From the NCBI RefSeq assembly GCF_006345805.1, contig NW_021828015.1, positions 62,001 through 126,000 on the forward strand: a stretch of 64,000 nucleotides of DNA, read 5' to 3'. Shown one piece after another: positions 1 through 13,148 of the stretch. Below the pieces are notes generated by a model that worked only from the letters and a program-made list of their open reading frames with translations, ran no database searches and was not told the origin of the DNA. The DNA comes from Octopus sinensis. Lineage: Eukaryota. Both the position numbers and the translations under genes were made by a program. How positions within the stretch are numbered: the stretch's first letter is position 1; every line of letters begins with the position of its first letter.

Positions 1-83
1 ATTTTTTGAACCAGTTGAAGACACACAAGATGTCAAAATATCGCTGACTAGATGACAATGGCACTCTTCTTTTAATTTTGACT

Positions 84-143
<60 letters not shown>

Positions 144-155
144 GTAATAATAATA

Positions 156-695
156 ACCAGGCAGTGGCTCTCATGGCTTCTGATCTTAACTGATTGGAAG
201 TGTTATCAAGTACATTGTTTTGTCTTGGTATAAAAGATGGGCTACAGCAAATATTCTGCTCAATACCACAGATTTGCTTGTCAGTTGTTTGACCTTAACC
301 AGTTGAGCATGTCCCTTAGTGGTTGACGATATGTGCATCTCTGATCATGAGCAGAAGTAGTGGAGGAGCATCATAACCATGTGTTGAGAGGAATTCTTGG
401 AGGTTTGGATAATTCACCTTTGAAAACATGGGTGGTTACTTCAACATCCTTAAACAATCCTTATTCAGGGAGCTTTTGAGTGGATGGGCTATTTGACCAG
501 AAGAAAATTCTAACTGGGCCCCACCTGCAAGGTCATGCGCTGTTTATCTTGACATGAGATCACCATGTCGTGCACATATGGTTGTAATGCATGTTCCTGG
601 TGAACCCTTATTAGACGAGTATTCGTGATGGGTATACTGGGCTTTGTATATTTTACCCCAGTGTCACTTTGATGGCAATCACTGCTCCCTCACAC
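156..695 (+). mobile_element. ~555-bp non-coding interspersed element ('element A') in a (TAA)n array, copy 1
   Basis: Homologous to copies at 6451-7007, 7146-7702, 10253-10779 and 22128-22437. (AAT)n on both sides. Confidence 0.85.
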
Positions 696-728
696 GATAA
701 TAATAATAATGATAATGATGATAATAAT

Positions 729-795
<67 letters not shown>

Positions 796-848
796 TCAAC
801 ATTGAAAAATACCTTAGGAATGAGAACCCAGGTTCGAAATTTCCCCAA

Positions 849-894
849 AACACCTGATGAAGGCAGGAGGGTATATCAGCCGAAACATTGTGTT
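849..894 (+). ncRNA. Minimal type-I hammerhead ribozyme motif (Penelope-like repeat)
   Basis: AACAC-CTGATGA-A-GGC..GCC-GAAA-CATT-GTGTT. Stem I AACAC/GTGTT; stem III probably a decayed AACGTT palindrome. Confidence 0.7.
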
Positions 895-1364
895 AACAAC
901 AAACAAGATGAGGACAAATATCTGCCAAATGTAAATAATGTAAATAATGTAAATAATGTACATAATTCCTCATCTCTTAAATATAAGAACTGCAGTCCAC
1001 AAAATATTTTAACAATTTTTTATGTGATTCTTGATATTTAATTGTAAAAATATAATAGGATTTTTTAAGCATCGGATGGTTATGAGGGTCCAGTAGAGTA
1101 AGAGCGGAACTAAAGGGGTCCGTAGGGAAATAAATGGTTGAGAACTGTTGCTCTAGATGATTGCTCAATCTGCTAGAGACAGCAGCCAGATCTCCTTCAA
1201 ATCTTGTCTATCATTTAAAAAGGGATTTGTTGAATAAAGTGGTTATGGATTCCTTGCACACAGGAAAAAGACAGGATGGTCTTGGTTGGAATGTCTTCGA
1301 TCATAGGGCTACATCGATCAGAGTTAAAACTGGGGTGGGTTAAGCAATAATAGCAACACAGCTA

Positions 1365-2212
1365 CCATGACCACCACCAGCAACTCTGCCACTGCCATCA
1401 CCACCAATGTCGAAATCTACAATCCCCTAAGCCACTCTCGCCTCCATCACCATCATCTTCACCAACACCATCATTCCCAACAAGCACCTCCACCACCAAT
1501 ACTCTCGCTACAACCACCACCACTACCACCAACTACCTCCACAACCACCACTGTTACTATCCACCACCATCACCCGCTACTACCACCAGCAACTACAACC
1601 TCCACCACAACCACCACCACCACGTTCATCCACTACCACCACCGCCATTATCACCCACCACTACCACCACTGACTAAACCTCCTCCACCCCATCCCCACC
1701 ACAACTCATCACTACCACTGGCAACTATCACCTCTACCATGAACTACAAACTCTACCACCACCACAACCACCAACAACAACAATAAACACAACCTCCCAC
1801 AACCACCACAACCCATCACTACCACTGGCAACTATCTATCACCTCTACCACAACCACCAACAACACCCACTATCTCTCACAACCACCACCGCCATCCACC
1901 CCCACCACAACCCATCACTACCACTGGCAACTATCACCTCTACCCTGAACCACTAACTCTATCACCACCACCTCAAACAACAACAACAACACCCACAAAT
2001 GACTAACTCTACCACTACCACCACCACCACCATTTCCACCCCCACCACAACCCATCACTTCCACTGGCAACTATCTTCTCTACCCCGAACCACTAACTCT
2101 ACCACCACCAACAACAACAACACCCACTACCTCCTGCACAACCACCACCACCACCGCTACCACAACCACCAAGTCCACCCTCCCACCACCACCGCCGCCA
2201 CCACCACCATCC
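1365..2212. repeat. Cryptic (CCA/CAA)n low-complexity tract with a higher-order unit
   Basis: Recurrent CATCACTACCACTGGCAACTATC at ~1707, 1815, 1914 and 2053. Confidence 0.85.
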
Positions 2213-3467
2213 AAATATTCATCTTCACATCGACCCAAAATATTAATGAATATTGCATCTTATAAACAGCCATAATAAACTGTAATAATTGAATGTAAAC
2301 AAAAGATTAAATTGAAATTTTCAAATGGAACTCGATTCAATTTCAGAGAATGTCAGAGGTTTGACTTTGGTTGACCCGCTTACAATTGTTGTTGTTGTTG
2401 TAGTGGTGGTGGTGAGTTGATGTTGAGTTATTTTACTTCTTTTTATTTCATTTATTATTAGTTTTGGTTTTTCTTCTTTTCTTTTTTTAGAAGAGGGTAG
2501 ATTTTGATGTGTTTTTGTTTTTGTTTTTTTTCACCCGCAGAAAATTCAGTTGTTGGAAATGCAAAATCAATTCTGTATTACTTCTATTGGAAATTTACTT
2601 GAGGCAATGTGAAAAAAAATACCCTCTACATGGACATAAGAACAGCTAGAAATAACAGCCAAATCTCCCTCTGATCATATCTTACTGTCTTAAAAATATA
2701 AGAGTTCCCTATTACACATCATCATCAACATTGTTGTCATCATCACCATCTTTTAATGTCCGCTTTCGATGCTGGCATGGGTTGGATGGTTTGACTGAGG
2801 ACTGGCAAGCCAGGAGACTGCACCAGACCCCACTCTGATCTTGCAAGGTTTCTACAGCTGGATGCCCTTCCTAACACCAACCACTGCGAGAGTGTAGTGG
2901 GTACATTTTACATGCTGCCTGACTGGCACAGGTGCCAGTCAGGCAGCACTGGTATCGACCACAACAATGATTTCACTTGACTCCGCAGGTTTTCTTAAGC
3001 CCAATGATTGAAAGGTACTCTTAAATGGGCCAGTTATGCGACACTAACATGGGCCATGGTTACAGTCTCACTCGGTTTGCCAGGTCTTCTCAAGCACAGC
3101 ATATCTCCAGGGCTGGTTATGTAACTTTGGCATAGGCCAGAGCCACGATCTCACTGGGCTTGCCGGGTCTTCTCAAGCACAGTATATCTCCAAAGGTCTC
3201 AGTCACTTGTCATTGCCTCAAGACTGGTCTTGTTTTCTATCTTTCTTTTTGTGTTTTGGAGGAAACTAAGTAACTAGGATTATGTAACTAAGAGTATAGT
3301 GCAATACAGCCTGTTATCACCCATAAATAATTGTGGCCTTGGCTTAATGACAACCACTATCATTTTCATCATCATTATAATTGATTGGGATGCAGTATAG
3401 CAACATATTCAGATCAAAATTTCATTTTGAAAAACCATCAGTTCTTGACTTTGATACACAAAAATAT

Positions 3468-3845
3468 AGGTACAGCAGTGGCTGTGTGGTAAGTAGCTTG
3501 CTTGCCAACCACATGGTCCCAGGTTCAGTCCCACTATGTGGTACCTTGGGCAAGCGTCTTCTACTATACCTCAGGCTAACCAAAGCCTTGTGAGTGAATT
3601 TGGTAGACGGAAACTGAAAGAAGCTTATCTCATATATATATATATGTATGTATATATGTATATGTTTGTGTGTGTGTTTGTCCCTACACCATTGCTTGAC
3701 AACCGATGTTGGTGTGTTTGCATCACTGTAACTTAGTGGTTTGGCAAAAGAGACTGATAGAATAAGTCCTGGTGTCGATTTGTTTGACTAAAGGCAGTGC
3801 TCCAGCATGGCCAAAATCAAATGACTGAAGCAAATAAAAGAAAAA
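3468..3845 (+). mobile_element. tRNA-headed CORE-type SINE; further copies at ~24363-24768(-), 26005-26395(-), 40400-40760(-), 41556-41921(-), 49326-49737(+), 57240-57735(-)
   Basis: Box A TGGCTGTGTGG, box B GGTTCAGTCC, CORE-like CCTTGGGCAAG, internal (TA)/(TG) microsatellite, AAAAGAG tail. Confidence 0.85.
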
Positions 3846-6284
3846 AAAGAATTCATCCAAACAAGAAATATCCTAACTCTGAAACATGCAAAAGTGATGA
3901 ATTCATTGTATTGCCTCATGGTTCCAGCAGACAAAATGGAAAAGGCATTGCCCCAGAGAATGGCAATGGAGAGGCACTTGAATAGCTACTGTGAATAATG
4001 GGGTTTGTGCTTGCAGATAACCACACCCTGCCGCGATAGTGGTGAGCAGAGATATGGTCCAGGGAATAATAATGCTGGAGATTTCCACTGCCACAGGCTT
4101 GACCATAAACCTGTCAGAGAATGACCAATACTTTGCCAGAGACATGAGAACTGTTTCTATATTGCATGAGGCAAGATTTTTCAAAATTAATTCAAATATT
4201 CACTAATAATTAATCTATCACTTCCATAAAATACCTCATATCTCTTATCTTTCTCAACAGCTTAGACAGTCTTCTGCTTTTCCCAGCCTGACAAGTAGTA
4301 GAGCCTGGGCTGCTAACCGAACACACCAAGATGCCACTGGAGTCTATGCTTGCAAGAACCACATGGAAGTCACTGAAGCAGATTTTTTATGTCTTGATGT
4401 AAAAGTAAAAATAAAGGTTACCTTCTTGAGTCATAAGGGCCGGTTTCCCAGTTTCCAATCTGTATATATTCCCCACCTGGATGGGACACCAGTCCCTCAC
4501 AGGATTACACACTTTTGCCAGCTGAGTAGACTGGGGCAACATGAAATGAAGTGTTTTGCTTAAGAACACAATGTATCGCCCAGTCTGGGAATCGAAACCA
4601 CAATCTTATGATCATGAGTCCAACAGCCTAACCACTAAGTCACATGCCTCCACTATATCTTGAAGCCCTTCCTGTCATGAACCTTTGCCTATATCCAAGC
4701 AAGGTAATATTTTTCCTTGGCCAGGCATGTTTTGCGTGGAAAATTGGAAAAAACAAATGACACTGCTTGTATGATGGTGATGCTCATTTACAACCAACAA
4801 ATGAAGTCAAGACAAGGGCACACACACACACATGTTTATACATATTCATCTATGTATTTGTGTGTGTGTGTGTGTTAGCAAAGAGTATTGATACCGAATG
4901 GCAAAGTTCATATCCTACTCAGTATGGATGTATTGTTAGAATATTGTAGTATTTGGTGTTCTATCAATATTTCCGAGTCTAAGACATTTACCCCTCCCCT
5001 CGCCCATAGACAATAACCCCACCCCAGGACAATTACCCCTGAGGACAACAGATGATGATTTAAAACTTCTTAATATATTGGAGAGGGTGTAATTAACCAA
5101 GTGAGATAATTGTCCGGGGAAGAGTGGTTGTCAGGGAGAATTACCCTATGGGGGGTAATTGTCCTGATACGATATTCCCATATTGAGTACGACAAAAAGA
5201 TTGCCACACACACACATACACTTACACATGCACGCACACACACACACTCACACACACAGAGCTTCTTTCAGTTTCTGTCTCCCAAATCCATATTTACATG
5301 GCTTTAAGTCAGCCCAGGACTGTTATAGAAGATACTTGTGACCATGGTGCTTTGCAGTAGGACTGAACCTGGAACCACATGGTTGGGAAGTAAGGTCCTT
5401 AACCACACAACTAGGCCTGCTCCTATGCTTCCACTAATTATTTTAGATGCTCGTGTAGTCAAGAGTAGACACTGACATACAGAGTATGAGAAGAGATTAT
5501 TGAGGATGTATGAGTATTTCTAACCTGCTAAGAAGCCATTATACTACAATTTTGCAGTGGTCTTTAAAAATTATTCAGGATTACAAAACATTTACATTTT
5601 CTGTTAAAATCACATTTCTTCCTGTGCTTACCTTGGATCGTAAGGTGACCCGCTGTGCTTGAGGAGACCTATTGAGTCAAGTACATCAACATCAAAATAA
5701 ATATCAAATGGAAATTGTAGTTGTGATACCTGTACCGGTGGTATGTAAAAAGCACCATCCGAACGTGGCCTATGCCAGCGCTGCCTTGACTGGCTTCTGT
5801 GCTGGTGGCACATAAAAAGCACCAACCAATCGTGGCTGCTGCCAGCCTTCCCTGGCACCTGTGCCGGTGGCACGTAAAAAGCACCCACTACGGTCGCGGA
5901 GTGGTTGGCATTAGGAACGGCATCCAGCTGTAGAAACACTGCCAGATCAGACTGGAGCCTGGTGCAACCTCCTGGCTTCCCAGACCCTGGTCAAACTGTC
6001 CAACCCATGCTAGCACGGAAAACAGACATCTAAACTTGTCCTAACACACTGCTCTGCAATTATAAACATTTCTGTCTTTGCTGAGTCATTCCAAACCTGT
6101 TTCTGCATAATGAAATCTTTTCCTAGCATACTACCCATCAATTCTAAACATTGTTAAGTAAGTAATCCAAGTGGATCTGCAACTGTTTTCAATGATGACC
6201 GTTCCAGTTGTTTGATCAAATTTGTCTTTAAATAGTATTTCACCTGTTGCTACATTCAGAGTTCAAAATTCTGCCAAGGTCAAC

Positions 6285-6336
<52 letters not shown>

Positions 6337-6450
6337 CATCATCATTATTATTAACATTATTCTCATTATTATTATAATTATCATCATCATCATCATTATT
6401 ATCATTATTATTATTATCATCATTATTATCATTATTATTATTATCATTAT

Positions 6451-7005
6451 TGAGTGAGAGAGCAGTGCATGCCATCAAAGTGACACTGGGGTAAAATATA
6501 CGAAGCCCAGTATACCTATCATGACTACCCGTCTGATAAGGGTACACTAGGCACATGCATCACAACCATGTGTGCGCGACATGATGATTTCATATCAAGA
6601 TAAACAGCACATGACCTTGCAGGTGGGGCCCAGTTAGAATTTTCTTCAGGTCGAGTAACCCATCCCACTCGAAAGGTCCCTGAATAAGGGTTGTTTAAGG
6701 ATGTTGAACGAAACACCCATGTTTCCAGAGGTGAATTATTCAAACCCCAAAGAATACCTCTCAACACACGGCTATGATGCTTCCCCACTACTTCTGCTCG
6801 TGATCAGAGATGCACATATCGTCAGCCACGAAGGGACATGCTCAACTGGTTAAGGTCAAACAACTGACAAGCAAATCTGTGGTATTGAGCAGAATATTTG
6901 CTGTAGCCCATCTTTTATACCAAGACAAAACAATGTACATGATAACACTTCCAATCAGTTAAGATCAGAAGCCATGAGAGCCACTGCCTGGTACTGCATC
7001 AGGGC

Positions 7006-7044
<39 letters not shown>

Positions 7045-7700
7045 CATCATTATTATTATCATTATTATTATAATAATCATCATCATCATCATCATTATTA
7101 TCATTATTATTATCATCATTATATCATTATTATTATTATCATTATTGAGTGAGAGAGCAGTGCATGCCATCAAAGTGACACTGGGGTAAAATATACGAAG
7201 CCCAGTATACCTATCATGACTACCCGTCTGATAAGGGTACACTAGGCACATGCATCACAACCATGTGTGCGCGACATGATGATTTCATATCAAGATAAAC
7301 AGCACATGACCTTGCAGGTGGGGCCCAGTTAGAATTTTCTTCAGGTCGAGTAACCCATCCCACTCGAAAGGTCCCTGAATAAGGGTTGTTTAAGGATGTT
7401 GAACGAAACACCCATGTTTCCAGAGGTGAATTATTCAAACCCCAAAGAATACCTCTCAACACACGGCTATGATGCTTCCCCACTACTTCTGCTCGTGATC
7501 AGAGATGCACATATCGTCAGCCACGAAGGGACATGCTCAACTGGTTAAGGTCAAACAACTGACAAGCAAATCTGTGGTATTGAGCAGAATATTTGCTGTA
7601 GCCCATCTTTTATACCAAGACAAAACAATGTACATGATAACACTTCCAATCAGTTAAGATCAGAAGCCATGAGAGCCACTGCCTGGTACTGCATCAGGGC

Positions 7701-7702
<2 letters not shown>
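6451..7702 (-). mobile_element. Two tandem, apparently identical copies of element A (6451-7007, 7146-7702; period 695)
   Basis: Identical ORF-track translations 695 bp apart; separated and flanked by (ATT/ATC)n. Confidence 0.9.
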
Positions 7703-7739
<37 letters not shown>

Positions 7740-7819
7740 CATCATTATTATTATCATTATTATTATAATAATCATCATCATCATCATCATTATTATCATT
7801 ATTATTATCATCATTATTA

Positions 7820-7868
<49 letters not shown>

Positions 7869-7869
7869 T

Positions 7870-8385
7870 ATCTTAAAATAAAATATGGTCCGTTGTCTTC
7901 TGCTGAATTGGGTCATCTCTTGACCCTAGGCTCACAGCAGGTCCTCATCTCATGAAAAGTACACAGCGTATAATGTATGCAGAACCTAGCAACACTATTT
8001 TCTGAAGTTCTCCCACATTAACACTGCAAGGGAGTTTGTTGAGCTGCTTATCAAGGCCCTTTTTCATTAGCCCTAATGCTCCAATCACCACTGGTGCTGT
8101 GCTGCTTTTCATTCTCCACACCTTGGTCACTTCTGTTTCTAGGTCTTTGTACTTAAATAACTTCTCAACTTCTTTAATGGACACATTTCTCTCTGATGGT
8201 ACTGTCACATCTATCATTAAGCATGTCTTATTCTTCCCAATCTTTGATGATTATATCTGGCCTGTTTGCCGTGATTTCTTTATCAGAGTTGATTGGCATG
8301 TCCCAGAGTACTGTTACATTATCTTTTCCAGTCACAGTTTCAGCTTTATGCTGATACCATCTTTCTGAAGTTGGAAACTGGTAGT
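7870..8385 (-). mobile_element. R4/Dong-like non-LTR retrotransposon 3' fragment (restriction-like endonuclease C-terminus)
   Basis: IDVTVPSERNVSIKEVEKLFKYKDLETEV...VVIGALG...ELQKIVLLGSAYIIR; short 3' UTR runs into (AAT)n. Confidence 0.85.
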
Positions 8386-8624
8386 GTTTACTTATTATTA
8401 TCATTATTATTTTTCATCGTCGTCGTCATCATCATCATCATCATCATCATCATTATTATCATTATCATCATCATCATTATTATTATCATGATTATTATTA
8501 TTATTATTATTATTATCATCATTATTATAATTATTATCATTATTAATATTATCATTATTATTATTAATATTATTATTATTATTATTATTATTATCATCAT
8601 GATTATTATTATTATTATTTTTTT

Positions 8625-8935
8625 TTCTTCTTCTTTCAAATTTGCTTCCATTTCTTGCCGAGCGTCTTCCTGACTCCTATAGCAAAGAAATTCATAGTAT
8701 ACATTGGTAGGCCATTAAACCAAACTCAATAGTTCGTTCATTTTCTTTTTTTTTTTTTTTTAAGGTTAAATTAAAATACATGGGCAGTAACAGCTCTCGC
8801 AGCGACAATGCTCTTCTCAACACGTGTGATGTACAGTTAAGACAATCTTTTGCACTTCTTGCAGGGATGGTAAGCCAGGGATCATTCTCATATAATTTTC
8901 GGTTCCCTTCTTGATCATTCCTAGTGCTCATTCCT
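8625..8935 (-). mobile_element. R4/Dong-like 3' fragment
   Basis: Alternative frame reads ALGMIKKGTENYMRMIPGLPSLQEVQKIVL; between (ATT)n arrays. Confidence 0.75.
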
Positions 8936-8937
8936 AA

Positions 8938-8990
<53 letters not shown>

Positions 8991-9307
8991 TATTATTATC
9001 ATTATTATTATTATTACTATTATTATTATTAAGGCAGTGAATCATTAGCACACCAGGCAAAATGCTTAGCAGTATTTCGTCTGCCGCTACACTGTGAGTT
9101 CAAATTTTGCTGAGGTTGACATTACCTTTCTTCCTTTTGGTGGGGAGGTCAATGAAATAAGTACCAGTTACATGCTGGGGTCGATGTAATAGACTTGTGC
9201 CCTTCCCCCCATAATTTTCAAAGCTTTGTGCCTAGAGTAGAAATAATAATAATAATAATTATTATTATTATTATTTTACGTCATATTTTATTTATTTTAT
9301 TTTCATC

Positions 9308-9313
9308 TTTTAT
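9308..9313 (-). terminator. Candidate AATAAA polyadenylation signal
   Basis: Plus-strand TTTATT about 95 nt downstream of the stop. Further AATAAA hexamers follow near 9287-9301. Confidence 0.45.
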
Positions 9314-9406
9314 TGTTTCTTTTTTTGTTGTTGTTGTGCGTATATGTGTGTGTCTGGCTGTCTTGGATTGTAGTAATTTTTTTTTTCAATACCAATTTTC
9401 CACTCT

Positions 9407-9533
9407 TTATGAACAAAGCAGTGTGTCATCAGAAAGTAAGCCTATCAGGTTTGATATCCGTTCTCTTATCTTCTTTCCAAGTTGGTTTTTCTCATACTGT
9501 ATACGCTTGTTCAGATCATTTTCTATATAGGAC
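9407..9533 (-). CDS. CFAP221: CFAP221-like terminal coding exon H: (R)SYIENDLNKRIQYEKNQLGKKIRERISNLIGLLSDDTLLCS*
   Basis: Acceptor atactttcag. Phase-2 start fits exon G. TAA stop at 9409-9407. Predicted helical C-terminus. Confidence 0.8.
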
Positions 9534-9624
9534 CTGAAAGTATATTAATAACAATTTTTATTATCATTTACAACCAGTTCAATCTTCTCTGTTAATAATA
9601 ATAACAATGATAATAATAATAATT

Positions 9625-10180
9625 ATTTCTTTATTAATCACAAAGTGTTTACAAATAAATAAACATTATGGACAACACAGGACAAACATGGGGTTACATG
9701 AAAGTCATGTAAACAAAGAAAAAAACAATTGAATATAACACCAAAATTTCCCCAAAAGCGGGAGATGTCCTAGGACTGCTCATGAAAACCCCACAAGTCT
9801 ACAACAGTCCTGATCACTAGGGTAAGTGCCCTCTCCACTCTGTTGACAGGTGAAATTTCTACATGTAATACAGCACAGACATCCAAATGGATAGGGTTTT
9901 TCTAAGGATGTGGGAAGTACTTGTCAGCACAATCTTTTGGATTTCTCTGAGACATGTTTCTCCTGAGATCTTATCTAAATGCTTCTGACATCCTTTTTTT
10001 ATCATACCTAGGGCACCAACAATATCACGCACAGTTTTTGCGTTAAGATGCCACATCTTTTGTATTTCAATTTCTAGGTCCATATATTTTCTTAATTTAT
10101 CAAATTCCTTTAGAGATATATTTTTATCAATGGGAACACTTACATCTGTTAGTCTACAAGAATTTTCTTCCCTGTCTTAA
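9625..10180 (-). mobile_element. R4/Dong-like 3' fragment with 3' UTR
   Basis: DLEIEIQKMWHLNAKTV..IVGALGMIKKG...LREIQKIVLTSTSHILRKTLSI. Confidence 0.85.
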
Positions 10181-10185
10181 ATAAT

Positions 10186-10251
<66 letters not shown>

Positions 10252-10252
10252 G

Positions 10253-10779
10253 ATGCCCTGATGCAGTACCAGGCAGTGGCGCTCATGGCTTCTGATCTTA
10301 ATTGATTGGAAGTGTTATCATGTACATTGTTTTGTCTTGGTATTAAAGATGGGCTACAGCAAATATTCTGCTCAATACCACAGATTTGCTTGTCAGTTGT
10401 TTGACCTTAACCAGTTGACCATGTCCCTTAATGGTTGACGATATGTGCATCTCTGATCCTGAGCAGAAGTAGTGGGGGAGCATCGTAGCCATGTGTAGAG
10501 AGGGATTTTTTGTAGTTTGAATAACTCACCTCTGGAAACATGAGTGTTTCATTCAACATCCTTAAACAACACTTATTCAGGGATCTTTTGAGCTGGATGG
10601 GCTACTTGATCTGAAGAAAATTCTAACTGGACCCCTACCTGGAAGGTCATGCACTGTTTATCTTGACATGAGATCAGCATGTCACGCACGCATGGTTGTG
10701 ATGCATGTGCCTGGTGTACCCTCATAAGATGGGTAGTCATGGTGGGTATACTGGGCTTCATATATTTTACCCCAGTGTC
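10253..10779 (+). mobile_element. Element A copy
   Basis: Starts ATGCCCTGATGCAGTACCAGGC directly after (AAT)n. Confidence 0.85.
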
Positions 10780-11059
10780 CCTCCCCCAAACTTACCGGCC
10801 TTGTGCCAAAATTTGAAACCATAATCAATAGTAGGGTTAAGGTGGTGAGCTGACAGAACCCTTAGCATTCCAGACAAAATGTTTAGTGCATTTTGTATGT
10901 TTTTATGTTCTGAGTTCTAATTCTGCTGAGGATGACTGAACCTTTCATCCTTTCGGGTCAATAAAATCAGTACCAGTTGAGCATTGGGATAGATGTAATC
11001 GACTTGCTGCTCCTCTAAACTTGCTGGCCTTGTGTCAAAATTTGAGAGCAATGTCAATA

Positions 11060-12200
11060 GTTGGGTGAAATACAGCTGTGTGCTTTGCCCCCAGCCTGAT
11101 CAGCATCTTCTTTGTTGTCATGCTGAAGTACGCCCTTAGAACATCAACTGATGGTTTTCACATCCATGCAAGATCGGACAGGGAACTGTTGCTCAGTCTG
11201 CCCCAATTGAGGGCAAAAGCCATAGTAATGAAAATGCTCACTAGAGATATACTGTTTGCAAATGATTTGCAACATATTCTGAGAAGCAACTGCAATGCCA
11301 CCTGGACAGTTTCCCAAGAGCTCGACAAGACTTTGGATTGACCATCAGTCTGAAGAAGACAAAAGTCCTGGTCAAGGTTTTGAGCCCTCAACCACAATTA
11401 CCATCAACAAATCTCAGCTGGAAGTAACCTGTACGTTCATGTACTTTGGTTGCACCATCATGTACAACTTCTCTCTAGAGGAGTGATCCTCAACCAGGGT
11501 CCATATGGCCCCTGAGGGTTCATATAAGATTTTTAGGGGGCCACATAAAAAAATAGTAAATTGGGAATCCACAAAAGTATTTTAAGGGCCCCTGAAAAAA
11601 TTTTGCTTTAGATGTATGCATTGGTATGCATTGCAAGAAGTGACTAGGTTTCTTTCTCTAATATGTTACATCGTTCAACACACACAAGTTAATGTGTGGA
11701 AAACAAAATAGGAATTTTGAAAGAAGTTTGTATAAAAACTTGTTTTTCAACATTGAATGGCTATAGTGGGGTCCACCAGAATAAAATACTAACCGAAGGG
11801 GTCAAACAATAAAAAAAATGGTTGAGAATCTTTGCTCTAGAGACTGAAGTCAAAAAATGTACTGGAAGAACAGACTCCACACTAGCCAGGCTGATAAGAG
11901 TCTGGGAGAACAGTAAGCTAACAGAACACAGTAAGATTGCTGCAGTCCACAGAACAGCATCTTCAGCACAGTGCTGTATGGTAATGAAACCTAGAACTAC
12001 TATTCTAGATAAGAGCTCTCATTTCAATGCCTAAAACTTATGCAGCCTGAGGATCTTCGACATCATGTTGCAGACTGACCAAGTCACCAACAATAACATC
12101 CTGGTGGCTTCATGTTCAGATAGCTTGTCTGCTTATACTCCCATTTGATACACACACCATGTCAGGCAGACGGTAAGCTGAAAGCCCTGCTGAATAGAGA
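11060..12200 (+). mobile_element. Decayed RTE-clade LINE reverse transcriptase fragment, interrupted by a hAT MITE
   Basis: CFAPSLISIFF...LRAK...RDILFAND (RTE LFADD region); the reading continues after 11842 (TEVKKCTG..STLARL.RVWENSKL). Confidence 0.8.
11481..11834 (+). mobile_element. Non-autonomous hAT/Charlie-like DNA transposon
   Basis: Imperfect TIRs (..TCCTCAACC / GGTTGAGAA..) and 8-bp TSD CTCTAGAG at 11473-11480 and 11835-11842. A partial related end lies at ~990-1150. Confidence 0.85.
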
Positions 12201-12389
12201 ACTGGCCTCTAGCAGAACATGAGGATAATACCATCTTTAATGCAAAGGTGTCTGCAAGAGAAGACATGAAGTCTCTTCAAATGAAGGTCAAAAGGTGAGA
12301 GGACATTGGTGTTTGTAACACAGCCACGAGGCCAGTGAGTGCTGATGTATTTTGATGTTTTACACTCTGTCAAAAGTAGAAACAAACAT

Positions 12390-12765
12390 AAACAAGAGCA
12401 CTCAGAGAGGGAAAACCTCTGCCAAGGCAACACCAACGACCTCTCAACGATTAGCCAGAGATGATTTTTAAAATGAGAACATCTGAAATAAACTTCACTG
12501 CTCTCACAAATAAAAATACTAAAAATGAATCCAACTGCTCTCAAAAATTAAGTAAAAAACGAAAAAAAGGAAAAAATAATCCCAAATCCTTGTCCAGTAC
12601 CAGATTGATCCCAAAATCTAATCAGTTTGTGCCTGTCATGAGGTCAAACATCCCTGAAAGTTTCTTCCAAATCCATCCAGCAGTCCTTGAGATATCTTGT
12701 CCGTGGACAAACAAACAAATACAACTGAAAAACAATACCTCTGCCTTCACTAAGGTGGAGGTACT
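12390..12765 (+). mobile_element. Helentron/HINE-like non-autonomous element; inverted copy at 23232-23595
   Basis: Subterminal ACCTCTGCC motif and 3' hairpin ACCTCTGCCTT..AAGGTGGAGGT; two homologous copies. Confidence 0.6.
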
Positions 12766-13107
12766 AATGCCAGGGTTAATTCAGTTACTGAACTTAGAGC
12801 AGGAAAAAAATTAATTAATGTAAATTCTTTGACTGCTCCTTTCAATTAGAAGTGACTAATGTGCATGACTACATGTGGGCATGTGTGTATGTCTATGCAT
12901 GTGTGTGTGTGTATGTCTATGCATGTGTGTGTGTGTATAATGAGAGAAAAAAATATAGGCTTGCACTTAGTTCTCCTTTATTTCATCTCTCACACATGTT
13001 TCAGTATTCAGTAACCCATAATGTGTATGTGTATGTGTGTGTGTGTATACATATAAATATGTGTGTGCATGTACATATATACATATATGTATAACCATAC
13101 TGTTACA

Positions 13108-13148
<41 letters not shown>

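Noticed and set aside
1367-2265. Pro/His/Thr-rich ORFs
   Set aside because: Arise from a (CCA)n low-complexity tract; no splice or homology support.
2330-2610. Possible extra exon(s) on either strand (plus acceptor tcacccgcag; open A-rich minus frame)
   Set aside because: No recognisable product or partner exon; the CFAP221-like frame already stops at 9407.
3890-4200. Higher-GC unique stretch with short ORFs
   Set aside because: No paired splice sites or recognisable homology.
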